A stretch of 63,476 bases of DNA, filler included, from Octopus bimaculoides (GCF_001194135.2; 7 parts of 7 records of this genome joined end to end with filler, not necessarily neighbours in it); one strand, 5' to 3'; positions 11,850 through 26,440 are shown, counted from the whole stretch's first letter. A program made the numbers and translations. The notes: generated by a model not told the origin, from the sequence alone.

Positions 11850-12190
11850 TGCAGGTATGGAAAAGGCGGTAGTTGCATATACATAGGGCTTCGTTATATC
11901 TTTTAGTAGTATCGGAGATTTGTGTTTTAATATGTGGAATACGTCCTTTAGGCATAACTTACACGCTGACCGTTGACCTTGGTATGGAAGCATTGAATTT
12001 ATTATGGACCATGGCCAGATATAGGGAATATTTCTGTTTTTGAGATGATGTATGTGACTGGCGAGAGTTGTGAATTTACTGTTTCTCGTATCTAAAAGTA
12101 CTGAGATGCACAACGTATCGTTGTTTAACATGTATAGGTGATCCTATATGTCTGGTTGTAGAATTGCGTAACGTGTAGAGGACGGTGCAT
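11850..12190 (-). mobile_element. Penelope-like element GIY-YIG endonuclease remnant
   Basis: Frameshifted translation RHIGSPIHVKQRYVVHLSTFR / TTLASHIHHLKNRNIPYIWPWSII...PYQGQRSACKLCLK, typical of the PLE endonuclease C-terminal half. Confidence 0.8.
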
Positions 12191-12261
12191 TTATAAATTA
12201 CATTAGACCTTCTGCAATGGGTTGAACTCTAATATTTCCCTCTATTTAACCATCTCACATC

Positions 12262-12309
12262 GTCTCTGATGAAGGGATATCCCCAATATCTCAGAAACAA
12301 CTGTAAGAC
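12262..12309 (+). ncRNA. Minimal type I hammerhead ribozyme motif in a Penelope pLTR
   Basis: gtct-CTGATGA-a-gggatat/cccca/atatctc-a-GAAAC-aact-GTA-agac: intact core, stem I gtct/agac, 7-bp stem II, 2-bp stem III, GUA cleavage triplet. Confidence 0.7.
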
Positions 12310-12614
12310 TAACATTTTCCTTATAAATGTCCTGAAAACTCTACACAGCTTTGACATTGTCTCATATTATTTAACATATACATGGCCCGCATTAGATTCT
12401 TCAGTTGTATCATTATCGATCCAAGTGTTTAACTACGGTCCTTCCATAGCACTTACATAGCGTTACCTACCACCGTGGGTCTTCTGGATACCAATACCTC
12501 TCATATGTACGCCTGTGTTGTTTTTTAGGCAACGTTTAAGATGCCATATATATATATATATATATATGTGTGTATATGTGTGTGTGTGTGTGTATACATA
12601 CATACATGCATACA

Positions 12615-12647
<33 letters not shown>

Positions 12648-14829
12648 CGGATGTGTCTTTTCACGTCGAACAATATACAGCATTCGCCGTATTTCATTCC
12701 ACACTAAATACGTTGATCTATAATAGAAGAAAAGTGGCTAAATGTCTATGGGAGAGAAATATAGTTCGCTAAACTGACCGCAATATACCATTGCTATTTA
12801 TTTTATCAAACCTTTGTTGTTGATGTAAAACTTCATGCAATGACATACGTGAGGCGTTATAACTATTAAAATGAAGATATATTTAAATACGACTGAATAA
12901 ATAGCGTGAAGCATAATACATTTCCCTTCTCCTCTTGGCATTACAATGTACAATATCTTTGAAATGCCTTTTGTATTAATTATGAATTCGAATTTAACTG
13001 CATGTATTTCTCTGTATATGTACCACTCTCGTATATATATTTCTTTTAAACAGCGCGTGTATATATATATCTCAGAATTCGCCTTGTAACGTTCGTCTTC
13101 CGAATTGAAATTCATATGTTCTAGACTTACGTTGTTAACTCACTTGAAAATTTAACGGCCTCGGATCCCTATCAATTTGTATTCCCCTTACCGCATTCTG
13201 TATTGTCGAATCGTATTTGATTTAAGATTTCAGAGTAAATATATATGAAAATTGTGGTCGGAAATGAACAGAGATTGTTGTGTATTTCAACAGCTTATTT
13301 AAAATTCGATGCATACTTCGCCATACAACTATTTCAGAAGCACATGCCATATTCTCTAATGCATTATCAATGAAGTAGCTGTTATTTACTTCCTTTTTTC
13401 TTAATATCGGGAAAACAACATATTTCCTAAAGCTATTTACTGTTTTTTAGAACCTTTTATTAAGTGCAGAAACACCATCGTACACTTAATAAAAAGGAAG
13501 AAGCTTCTTAGTTCGGTATTATATTATGCACCAGAAAAAGTTCTATTATTATTAGATTGTTGAATTAAATGAAAATTCCACAGTATTTCGATGATGGAGA
13601 TTCTTTTATTTTCTTCATTTTTTTCGCTTGCATTTATTGTTAAAATTTTGTGCAAGCTCTTGAATGTGGTATATACAATAAACCAACAAGAAATATAATA
13701 ATGTGTAATTACTTTTATAGACTCACCTTATCAGAGAATGCTACATGCAGAAGAGGAACAGTAGATGCTACACTTAATAATTTCAACAAGTCAAATATAC
13801 AACTATTTTAAAAGGATGTAATAAACTGAATTCTATTAAAAACGTAAGTAAATTATTAAAATTACAACAATAATTATCGTCAAATAACTGGCACAGTAAA
13901 TATAGTCGAATAGTGAATAATATCAACCCATGTCTGGCGGACTTGTATTTATTATCAATGGCATTTCGTTGTGCATTTCCTCGAATGCAATCCCAGCTTT
14001 ACTCTTTGGCAGCATAATAGGTCGGACAAATATTATATCGTTTCATATCCTTGAGAATTAAAACCTCATACAATGAAGTCACATCAAAAAGTTTATTAAT
14101 ATCAAGTTAGATCATTATTGTACGAACACAATATACAGAGATACTTTTTACTTAGACTTACATATTTTTTATATATATTGTATATAATTCATATATTTTT
14201 TATATATTTTTTTACATACTTATAGAGATAATGCTTTGTGTATTTTTCACACATTTTTTCTCTGTATTCTCCCTTCGACCAGGGTTTTTTTCCTATGCGT
14301 CTATACACCCGTACATAGAGCCTTATGTGCACGCTTGTAGGTGTGTGCGTGTTTGCGGGAACGTGTGCATGTAGATGTATGTGCGTGCATGCGAGAATAT
14401 GCACATATAAACGCCTTTTGCCCTTATAGCTTCTTCACACGTTTGTGTATTTTGCCTTTAGCTTTGTTTCTTTCTTTCTCCTTCTTGAGCAAGTGTGTAT
14501 AATGACGTGTGTATGAAATTATTTTTGCGACCGTGTGTATGGGTGCGAGGGTGATGCGCGCGTGTGGGTGTGGGTGTGTATGCGGGTATATTTATATGTA
14601 TATATATATGTATGTATATATATATATATATATATATNNNNNNNNNNNNNNNNNNNNNNNNNNNNNNNNNNNNNNNNNNNNNNNNNNNNNNNNNNNNNNN
14701 NNNNNNNNNNNNNNNNNNNNNNNNNNNNNNNNNNNNNNNNNNNNNNNNNNNNNNNNNNNNNNNNNNNNNNNNNNNNNNNNNNNNNNNNNNNNNNNNNNNN
14801 NNNNNNNNNNNNNNNNNNNNNNNNNNGAG

Positions 14830-14860
<31 letters not shown>

Positions 14861-16290
14861 TATATATTTCGGCCGAATGCGTGGGTGGGCATGTGTATGT
14901 TTCAATCGAAGTTATGTCCCATCAATATATCTCTTCTCTAGAGTCTAGAAACACAAAATCCCTGGAGCCATCTGAAATTTTGTAGGTAATCCTCCCCGCA
15001 CAAACACATTCGTACACAAACAAACACACACACTCACTCACACACATACACACGTAAAGAGGAACACACACGAGGACATAATCATGTAACATGTGAGAAA
15101 AATGAACACATGTCTACATTCGTGTAAGTACTATGATGTCTACATGAAAGTGAAGTATATAAGTTCCCATTACATATCAATGATATCCTTGAATTCTTCT
15201 GAATAGATGCCAAATTTATGTTTAAATAAGATGTAACATTAGTTGTATGCATGTAAACGTTTTGTTTACAATTTCATTTATAACATCTTTTGTTAATAAA
15301 TGGGAATTGTGTTGGTATTTCTCTCTTCTCATAAAATATACTGAAATATATGATACTTTTACATGTTATACAACTTGTTGAAGTGCGTTGCGATGTAATA
15401 TTTTTCAGTTTTACTAAATTCTTAAGTGTTATAAAGATTATCAAAATCAAAAAAATTTGGGGACTGAAGTATATGCTACTTTTCTAACGTTCTTTTGTTA
15501 TGTGTCCTCAAAACTATAATATTAATGTATTCAGATTTGTATACACTACGCCATTTAAAGCAAATGTCATAGCTGTTTCCTAATGCATAGCAGATTAAAA
15601 ACATACACAATATCCCTTTCTTTTTTTCTTTGCTTATTTTTTTCTTACTTTCTTTATGTCTCTCTCTTTTTTTCTTCTTCCCTCTCTCAGTTTTCACCCG
15701 CACAAACATACATGCATATGTGGGTTAGGTTGAATGTGTGCATGTGTGCGTGTACGAACATACATATATGTTTGTACACATAGAAATAGAAATACATGCA
15801 TGCTATCTGTATGCCTGTAGGTTAATATAGATATACACACGCACGCATAAATGTATGTGTATCTGAACATTGTACTATGCTAAGAGTGATGCGAGTCAAT
15901 TTACAACAGACTACTCCATATCGTTGTTACCGTATCCACATAAGTGGAGTCAAGACCGGCTAGTTTCTACAGCCATCGAGTTGCATAAGTTCTATTAATG
16001 AAGTCAAACCAAGCAGTACTATGTATTATATAAGTTTTAGTTATACGCAATGGAAGCATTTCCCATTATATATTACGCAAACCTGACAAATATGTTTTAA
16101 AATGTTCAAAATGTTACCATTTGGTTTGACCTCTTGAATACAACTTATATGTATGTACATGCACAGACGCACAGACGTGCGCACACACACGCACACACAC
16201 ACACACACAAATACATGAATAAATACATGCACACATGCATGCATGCATGCATATATACATTCATATACATAGCTAAACTTATATATATTC

Positions 16291-16680
16291 AAGGGGCATT
16301 CTAAATGTTCTGAGATTTATCAAAAGAGGCATATGTTAATTTCAAAGTGGTACAAAACACTGATCTCCATCAAAATATTCCTGTATTTTCCCCCCGCTCT
16401 AACTATTTCATGAAGGCCTCATAGAAATCCTCGAAAGCGAATATGTACCTGAACATTGTCTGAGTTACCATCATTTTGGCTGCCCTTCACCAAACGTTAC
16501 AGTAGGCAATTTCTGGACTATGATGCGATTCGAGAACGGTTTTGATGCTCATCTCTATCAAGTACTTTTTTACCAGGATGGAATTGTGGATAGGTACATT
16601 GTCCTTAATCTTTTCCTGAAGTATCTCAAAACTTCCACTCAACCTGTGACGTTTATAACTGCCTCACTTTAAAAGAACTC
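16291..16680. mobile_element. Possible degraded mariner-like remnant
   Basis: Terminus aaggggcattctaaatg resembles mariner TIRs. The internal sequence is too decayed to translate convincingly. Confidence 0.3.
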
Positions 16681-16706
16681 TCAAAAATTCGGGAATAAAA
16701 CTAATA

Positions 16707-16755
<49 letters not shown>

Positions 16756-18123
16756 NNNNNNNNNNNNNNNNNNNNNNNNNNNNNNNNNNNNNNNNNNNNN
16801 NNNNNNNNNNNNNNNNNNNNNNNNNNNNNNNNNNNNNNNNNNNNNNNNNNNNNNNNNNNNNNNNNNNNNNNNNNNNNNNNNNNNNNNNNNNNNNNNNNNN
16901 NNNNNNNNNNNNNNNNNNNNNNNNNNNNNNNNNNNNNNNNNNNNNNNNNNNNNNNNNNNNNNNNNNNNNNNNNNNNNNNNNNNNNNNNNNNNNNNNNNNN
17001 NNNNNNNNNNNNNNNNNNNNNNNNNNNNNNNNNNNNNNNNNNNNNNNNNNNNNNNNNNNNNNNNNNNNNNNNNNNNNNNNNNNNNNNNNNNNNNNNNNNN
17101 NNNNNNNNNNNNNNNNNNNNNNNNNNNNNNNNNNNNNNNNNNNNNNNNNNNNNNNNNNNNNNNNNNNNNNNNNNNNNNNNNNNNNNNNNNNNNNNNNNNN
17201 NNNNNNNNNNNNNNNNNNNNNNNNNNNNNNNNNNNNNNNNNNNNNNNNNNNNNNNNNNNNNNNNNNNNNNNNNNNNNNNNNNNNNNNNNNNNNNNNNNNN
17301 NNNNNNNNNNNNNNNNNNNNNNNNNNNNNNNNNNNNNNNNNNNNNNNNNATATATATTTATATAAAAGATAAACAAGAGTGAAAAAAACTACAGAAGTCT
17401 TGTGTTACATGATTAAAGTATATATTTAAATTGTTATGTCAGAAAAATGTTATAAAATTTTGGGTATAGAAATATTGTATTTTGAGAAAAAACTGGTTTC
17501 GTGTTGTCTTTTCAAATTTCTGTAACTGTATCGTAGCATGTCTTCGCTCCAATCCAATCAACTAAGAGATATCATCTATCTAATATACAGCTGGTAGAAT
17601 ACCCAATTATCAATACAAAAAATGTATTTTTTATTACGTGGCAATTACACTACTGAATGTTATATATGGGTGAGGGTAAAATGTTTTTTACCCTTAATTT
17701 ATACGACAATAAGAAAATGGAGGGTATAAAGAAGTGTTATTCTTCAACTTTTAGACATTATATTATGTGTATTTATTTATTTAGAATAAAACAATTATAA
17801 CAGTATAAATACATGTATAATAGATTATAATTTACATATATAAAAATACCAGTAATAATTAAAATATATAACGTAGAACATAGAATGTAGAATAATTTCT
17901 TACAGGTTATTTCAGTCAAGAGATCATAGTACACTACATTACTTCTATCGCTCCAGTGAGCTGAAGTATTTTGTACATAAAATTAAGTTACTTGAGTTTG
18001 CCTCTGTACTTCGTCTAAGAGATTAGAAAGTTCATAAGGTTAAGTTATAAATACATACATGTAAACACACCATCACATATACATATATACATACATATAT
18101 ATAACTAAACATATATACATATC

Positions 18124-18159
<36 letters not shown>

Positions 18160-18404
18160 CACCTGTGTGTGTGTATGTATATGCATTCAACAGAATCAAT
18201 TATTGCTATTATTAGGTTTATTATATTATTCTTTTAAATAAAGTATAAATAGAGGAAAGAGAAAATTATCAAAAGAGAAACAATAGTAGAATTTAAATAA
18301 TCAATCTAGCTTAAAGTTATTGTAGTTTTTTAAGAATGAAAAGGTATATAAACAAGGAATACTCATATATACATATACTTTATACACGCACACACACACA
18401 CATT

Positions 18405-18745
18405 TGCTATTTCTAGTATTATACGCTGGTGCTATTGTTAATATTTTCCAAACTAAATTATAGTTAATTCATCTATCCTTAAGTTCCCATATGTAGCTAC
18501 TTAACTGTGTAGAATTCCTCCTGCTTCTGTTTCTAAATGCATAGTTATGATAATTAAGCCTCTGTTTCATATTGTTTGTTGTCTCACCGACATATACATT
18601 GCTGTCATATTGTGTACTTACTATATATTGATACACTACCTCGTTTGTAATGCAGTTATTATTAAATACACAATTATTACTTATTCTACAATCACATGTT
18701 CTGTGTCGCTGCGTGGGGTTTACGTTATTGGGGTTGACAGACATT
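18405..18745 (-). mobile_element. Penelope-like element GIY-YIG endonuclease remnant
   Basis: ORF 18469-18744 reads CDCRISNNC...EVVYQYIV...VYVGETTNNMKQRLNYHNYAFRNRSRRNSTQLSSYIWELKDR and continues in another frame as NYNLVWKILTIAPAYN. Confidence 0.9.
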
Positions 18746-18814
18746 ACATTATCAGTTTGGTTGCTATTGTTGATCCTAATAATGTTATTAATGATTATAC
18801 TATTGTTATCATTA

Positions 18815-18820
18815 ATGTTA

Positions 18821-18909
<89 letters not shown>

Positions 18910-18958
18910 GTTATTATTATTATTATTATTGTTGTTGTTGTTGTTATTATTATTATAT
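18815..18958. repeat. (ATT)n/(GTT)n microsatellite
   Basis: Seen directly in the sequence. Confidence 0.97.
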
Positions 18959-19169
18959 GTATATATACAAAGTAGGGTACTATGACCTCTTGGCTGAAAT
19001 AGCCTTAAGAAACTACTCTACTTTTTATGGTCTACGTTATACATTTTAATAATTACTGGTATTTTATATATGCAATGCATAATGTGTTACACATGCATGT
19101 ATATTGTTATGTTGTTTTCTTTAAACTACAGAATAGACATAATATAATGTCTAAATTTTGATGAATACC

Positions 19170-19360
19170 ACCTCTTGATCCCCTACATTTTCTTATTGCT
19201 ATGATAGATTGCTCTCCTTGTTTCTTTCTTTGTTCTTTTGTGTGGAAGAACGTAGGCTCGAAACGTTAAAGACTATTTCACTCCCTGAGCGTTAAAGTTA
19301 ATACATGTGTTTTTTGTCTACACCACCTGTCTTCGTCTTTTTGTTTTTTCCTGAATTCTC
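19170..19360 (+). mobile_element. Possible Penelope pLTR remnant with degenerate hammerhead-like motif
   Basis: gtggaagaacgtaggctcGAAACgttaaagac lies about 500 bp from the GIY-YIG remnant. The CUGANGA core is not intact. Confidence 0.35.
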
Positions 19361-19689
19361 CCTACATATATGTGTGTGTGTGTGTGTGTGTGTGCGCGCG
19401 CCCGTGTGTGTGCGTGCGTGTGTAAGAGGCGGAAATCTGCCGCAGTATATTCCCTGTGCACGGAAAGGGTGCTATTGCGATACGCGTGTGGTTTCCAAGA
19501 TTTTGATGAGGAAATCTTTATTCCATTCAAGATGTACCTCACTTTATCAGGCAAACAGAAAGTAAAATTGATAAATGTTATCCGACGAAAACCCGTAATG
19601 GGACCAATATAATCGCAGATAATCCCCAACTAACTAGATCAAGATTTGAAAACCAGTTACAGTAACTTGGTTAGGTCATCTGCCTCGAA

Positions 19690-20390
19690 TTATGGGTCCC
19701 ACATTAACTGATTTAGGTTAACCTTACCCAGAAACGTAAAGAAAATTGTAATTTTGAAAGGGAATGGTAAACAGAAAGATAAATGCACGACAATGAGGAC
19801 CATGAACATTCACTCGGTGAAACACCATAGACAACCTCAAAAGTATGACTTCAGGCAAAGGAAAGTATGCCTTCAGTTTAGTGAGAATGGAAGGGTGTTG
19901 TGTTTTACGAGCTTCTTACTGCGAACACGACCATCGTTTCAGATGTATACTGCGAGCTGCTGAAGAAATTAAATGAAGTTATCCACACGAAGCATCCAGC
20001 GCCTGATGATCGTAAGGGCATTGTCTTTCATCAAGACAGTGTCAGACCACAGAACTCATTCAGACACGGCTTGAACGTTTTACGTCAGCCTCCATATTAC
20101 CCCAACCTTGTATCTCCAGATTTCAGATTTCCACATGTTTCGGTCTCTTCAGTATTCAATGAATTGACAGACTTTCAACGCTTAGGAGTATTTAAAACTT
20201 CAACTGAAAGGATTTTTCTCCGGTAAAGACAAGAAATTCAGTTAGGGAACAATGGCTCTGCTGACGAAAAGGCACAAGAAAGAGACAAAAATGGTATTAT
20301 ATGAATGATAGAATAAATTACACAATATATAAATGTTGTGTCGTTTATTAGCTTTAAACATGGAACAGACATTTTGGCCAACGCAATCTT
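19690..20390 (+). mobile_element. Mariner transposase remnant
   Basis: FYELLTANTTIVSDVYCELLKKLNEVIHTKHP...RKGIVFHQDSVRP...QPPYYPNLVSPDF matches the mariner motifs HQDNARPH and HPPYSPDLAPSD. A TIR-like ttttggccaacgcaat lies near 20365. Confidence 0.9.
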
Positions 20391-22203
20391 AATACCATAG
20401 CGAGTGTGCAGTAATATGTGAATATAGGCATATGATTGTTGGAAATTCTGTGTGTATGCATGAGCATATGTTTGAGTTTTTATTCAATAGTTATCTTTAT
20501 TGGCTAAGATTGCATATATCATTCAATTGACATTTGTATATATATCATTCAAATGACATTTTTTTTTATAGACGAAAAGAAAATATTAGGATAACATCTT
20601 TCTAACATCAACCTCCTCTTCTTTCATTTAAACTCAAAACGAAGAAATCTGTTGTGGCATAGCAATGGAAAAAATATATATTTGGATATTTTTTCTAGAG
20701 TTTCAGCAAGAAAACAAATGAGGAACACATTTGTATGTAAATATATCTTCATTCATTGCTACTTAAAGTATACAAGCATATATATGTACGTATGATCACA
20801 CAAACACGCACGCACACACAAACGCACGTGTGCGTATAGTTATGTGTGTATGCATGTGTTTGTACATACGTAAATGCATATATGTAAAATGATTTTATGG
20901 TAAATATTTTGTCTTCGTTTCAAATAATAATAATTATGTCGTGTAGCAATATCAAACGCATTTCAGCTGCTGTTCAACTTCCATTGCTTATATTGTATTG
21001 TTCTTCCCCCAACTTTCTACCAGAAAATTCCTGCTGAAATTTGCTATTTTCATTATGTTTATCTATGAATTTCTGTGACCGAGTTTTGCTGAAGATTGCA
21101 GTGATAGTTGCGATATGCTTAGCACAGTGATAATAGCAAACTTTGCATTGTTTCAAAATCAATTTTCTATATTCTAACGTATCTATTTGAACTTCTGTTT
21201 ACATGAAGATATCGAAGTTGGTGATGTAGCATCTTATAACAAACGTCTCATCTGTTATTTGTCGAATTTGGATTATTTGTTCCTGAATTGAATTGATATG
21301 AACATAAACATTGAGTAAACGAAACATAACTTTCGGTTAAGATAGCATGTCTCTAGTATATTTTCAGTTAACTTCTGTTTGCAATAACGCTGAAAATACA
21401 CACAAAACATACCATCTACGTACATATTTTCAACCTTACTTATTTACATGCATTCAAACTAACAAATAGACATGCATATCTGCGTGTGTGTATATGTATG
21501 TATTTATTTCTAGGGCTACGTATGTGTGACTATGCATATATATATATATATATANNNNNNNNNNNNNNNNNNNNNNNNNNNNNNNNNNNNNNNNNNNNNN
21601 NNNNNNNNNNNNNNNNNNNNNNNNNNNNNNNNNNNNNNNNNNNNNNNNNNNNNNNNNNNNNNNNNNNNNNNNNNNNNNNNNNNNNNNNNNNNNNNNNNNN
21701 NNNNNNNNNNNNNNNNNNNNNNNNNNNNNNNNNNNNNNNNNNNNNNNNNNNNNNNNNNNNNNNNNNNNNNNNNNNNNNNNNNNNNNNNNNNNNNNNNNNN
21801 NNNNNNNNNNNNNNNNNNNNNNNNNNNNNNNNNNNNNNNNNNNNNNNNNNNNNNNNNNNNNNNNNNNNNNNNNNNNNNNNNNNNNNNNNNNNNNNNNNNN
21901 NNNNNNNNNNNNNNNNNNNNNNNNNNNNNNNNNNNNNNNNNNNNNNNNNNNNNNNNNNNNNNNNNNNNNNNNNNNNNNNNNNNNNNNNNNNNNNNNNNNN
22001 NNNNNNNNNNNNNNNNNNNNNNNNNNNNNNNNNNNNNNNNNNNNNNNNNNNNNNNNNNNNNNNNNNNNNNNNNNNNNNNNNNNNNNNNNNNNNNNNNNNN
22101 NNNNNNNNNNNNNNNNNNNNNNNNNNNNNNNNNNNNNNNNNNNNNNNNNNNNNNNNNNNNNNNNNNNNNNNNNNNNNNNNNNNNNNNNNNNNNNNNNNNN
22201 NNN

Positions 22204-22740
<537 letters not shown>

Positions 22741-22803
22741 CTAGTCATGGTAGGTATACTGGGTGTGCCCTAGTGTCACTTTGATGACGTGCATGATAAT
22801 AAT

Positions 22804-22986
22804 CCTTTCTACAATAGGCACAAAGGTTAAAATTTGGGCAGAGGGGGATAGTCGATTACATCGGCCTCGAAATGATGAAAGGGTTAGTCGAACTTGGCGG
22901 AATATGAACTCAGTACAAAGCGACGGGTGAAATACCGCTAAGCATTTCGTCCAGTGTGCTAACAACCCTGTCAGCTCGCCACGTCT
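22804..22986 (-). mobile_element. SINE family A
   Basis: Reverse complement of head ggcgagctgacag...gttagcac and tail gcctattgtagaaagg; flanked by (AAT)n on the plus strand. Confidence 0.85.
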
Positions 22987-23263
22987 ATAATAATAATAAT
23001 AATAATAATAATAATTCCAACAACAACAACAACAATAATAATAATATCTTGAAACATCATAAATTATAATATCTACTCTTTCATCAATGCGATCGATCAA
23101 TATAATAAGCAATTCATTTAGAAAATATTTTCACTGTTTTTGGCGAGAAATCAAATGCCTATATCGCGAGAAAAAGATCATATGTTGCTATACATGCTAT
23201 CAGTTTATTCCTTTAAACAGAAGTCTGATTTCTGATTAATCACGTCAAAGAGGTGAGGAATGC

Positions 23264-23304
<41 letters not shown>

Positions 23305-23627
23305 GTGTTATTATAAAAGTAAATATCTATTTCTCCTGTCTTTTCATAAATTTTTGGCATGTTTTATTGAACTGCCTTTGCATATTTAATTCTATGCATT
23401 TTGAATTGATATATATTTTATGGTTTCCGCTCTCTCTCTCTTGCTCACAAATATACACACTATTTGTGCTTGTGTGTACGTGTGTGCACAAATATACATA
23501 CATATATTAACGTACGTATGAGCACACCTGTAACCTTGTAAATACACACACACACACACGCACAATATATGCATATTTCTGTACATTATATATACACACA
23601 TACGCACACACACACATGTGCATCTGT

Positions 23628-23667
<40 letters not shown>

Positions 23668-25262
23668 GTGTCTATCTGTCTATCTATCTATCTAGCTAGC
23701 TATATATATATATATATATATATATANNNNNNNNNNNNNNNNNNNNNNNNNNNNNNNNNNNNNNNNNNNNNNNNNNNNNNNNNNNNNNNNNNNNNNNNNN
23801 NNNNNNNNNNNNNNNNNNNNNNNNNNNNNNNNNNNNNNNNNNNNNNNNNNNNNNNNNNNNNNNNNNNNNNNNNNNNNNNNNNNNNNNNNNNNNNNNNNNN
23901 NNNNNNNNNNNNNNNNNATACATCATTCAACTACTACAGTAGTTGAATAATATTCTTAAATCGTATTTACTCGTGCAGCGTATTTCAGAGCTTGTCACTG
24001 ATTCAGTTCTTAACTAAATGGAAAGCCTTAATATTTTTTTGAAAAAAGACTCTATCCTTGGCTACATTTTGGCGTAAGAGAATTGAGATTTATCCAGTAG
24101 AAAAAGTTTACATCAAAATGTGTATGGAAGTTATAAGAGAGTAAGTAGCGCCACCAATGAAGTTAAGATCTTAATACATTTTTTTTTTCTTAAAGTCAAT
24201 ATATATTTATCTTAGCTTTAATGATAGAGCAAAGCGTGAAGAATTTTGTTTGATCCCATGCAACAAAAATGTGTATCAAAAATGTTGTGAGGTAAAATAA
24301 CTTTGATAACTTTGATAGGTTTCTGCCAGTAAAGGCCTACGTCATGTCTAACTTAATAGCACCACTTCGTGAAGTCTTTTACTCATATATAGGGCACAAT
24401 AGTCCCCTCTACAAAGTGTTATTATTGTGAGAGACATTTCCAGGTGAAAGAATTTTTGAAGAAATTTGGCCAGTGAACATTTGAATTTTATGGGATCCGT
24501 TTTGTCGTATTTTGGTTTAGTATTAAAGAGAGCTGGACCGGTTGAGGTAAATTAATTGTGGCGTAATATTTCTATGTGTACTGAGATCGATTTTTGTAGT
24601 AGGCGGATAGCACGGGGGTCAAGTCTTGGATGGGTTTTAAAATTGATGGCAACATCACTTGTGCAATATTGATGGAATATTTTCCACATAACACAAATGT
24701 GAATAGGTTGAAATGCGCTCAAAGTCGTCATTATCATTTACCTGTTTCAAACGGTTTAGACTGCGGCTATATTGGGGCATTATATATATATTTCGTCTTT
24801 GGTTTTACATTGATGTCTATCATATTTTGTAATTTCCAATTTAGCATTTCGCTAAATCACTAATACTTCTATATGGTAAATATTTATACTGACAGTTTGG
24901 GTTTACTGAAAACATTCGACGACGGAGTAGTCACTGCTAACGAGTCTGTAATTTTACAGACAAAACTAGTGTACACCAGTGATCTTGCTTCGCTTATTGA
25001 GCGAAATGCAGACATAAGAAGAAACATTTACAGAAACACGTATACATTACATTCCGCAGCCGTAATAAAATATACGAGATTCACACTAATACACAAACAA
25101 ACACAGACACAGGTACACAGTCACACACACACGCACATGCACTCACTCACACACACACACACGAATCATTTGAACGTTACAATATCTATATATATATATA
25201 TATAAATAGAGAAAAGGATAAAGAGAACAATGACAAAGTTAGAAATATATTTTATGGATAGA

Positions 25263-25311
25263 GTCTTACAGCTGTTTCAGGGAAGATCCAATGCATCCCT
25301 TCATCGGAGAG
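25263..25311 (-). ncRNA. Hammerhead ribozyme motif with variant core CCGATGA, in an inverted Penelope pLTR pair
   Basis: Minus strand reads ctct-CCGATGA-aggga/tgcattggatct/tccct-GAAAC-agct-GTA-agac: perfect 5-bp stem II and palindromic AGCT loop. Clearly related to the 12262 motif. Confidence 0.6.
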
Positions 25312-25859
25312 AGAAATAGTACTATTTCTGTCTCCGATGACGGGANNNNNNNNNNNNNNNNNNNNNNNNNNNNNNNNNNNNNNNNNNNNNNNNNNNNNNN
25401 NNNNNNNNNNNNNNNNNNNNNNNNNNNNNNNNNNNNNNNNNNNNNNNNNNNNNNNNNNNNNNNNNNNNNNNNNNNNNNNNNNNNNNNNNNNNNNNNNNNN
25501 NNNNNNNNNNNNNNNNNNNNNNNNNNNNNNNNNNNNNNNNNNNNTCTATATGTATATAGATAGATAGATAGAAATATATGAAATATATTAATGCACTAAG
25601 AAGAGACCACGAACAGGATTCCTTACACGTTCAAAAGGCCAGTTAAAACCCAAACCACCGAAAAGAGAAATCATTAATTCGTTTAACTGACCTTCTAGCA
25701 TGTAGGTAATCCTGTTAATGGTCTCCACTTTGTGTATAAACACAAATTATACCCATTTATATTTTTTAAATTATGTCTTATGAGTTTTATTTATGCGTGC
25801 TAACCACTGGTAAAAGAAATTATTTATTTTAATTTAGTACCCTCATATGTACGATATAA

Positions 25860-25892
<33 letters not shown>

Positions 25893-26093
25893 CACACGTG
25901 TATGTATGTATGTATGTATGTTTTTATGTATGTATGTATGTATGTATGTATGTAGATCTTTGGCTGGGCTAAAAAGTCACATTCGATCACAGCACCGTTA
26001 AGCTTCGTGCAATGGCCATACTCGATAACGAGGGTACTGCCATCATGTATGTATGTATATATATACGTACACTACGGTATGTAAGACGTAACA

Positions 26094-26440
26094 CCGAGGT
26101 GTGATTTAAAAGTACGGAACTGGTGCTTTAAAAAAAAATACAAAACACATCAATTTGGAATTTCATCCCCTTCGATGTAGTCTATTTCTGAAACCGCAGA
26201 CTCTCTCCAACGTCCTTTCCATGGATGGAAGTATTCCTGGAATTCCTTCTTTCGGGATAGCGAGTACCTGCCGCGTCACGTTCTTTCGGATGTCCTTCAC
26301 TTCTTGAAACCTTGTTGGATCTTTTCCACTACGAAAACTGACCCTTGGTTTTGAGTTCACCGCCATATGTATACAATTCATCACCTGTTATGACTGTTAT
26401 GATTTTGCCTTTCTCCAGACAACCAAGGACATCCTGCGCA
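26094..26440 (-). mobile_element. Internally deleted mariner remnant
   Basis: Minus-strand translation ITVITGDELYTYGGELKTKGQFS*WK is joined to RFQEVKDIRKNVTRQVL...WKGRWRES...DYIEGD. TIR-like cgaggtgtgatttaaaagtacggaact at 26095. Confidence 0.85.
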
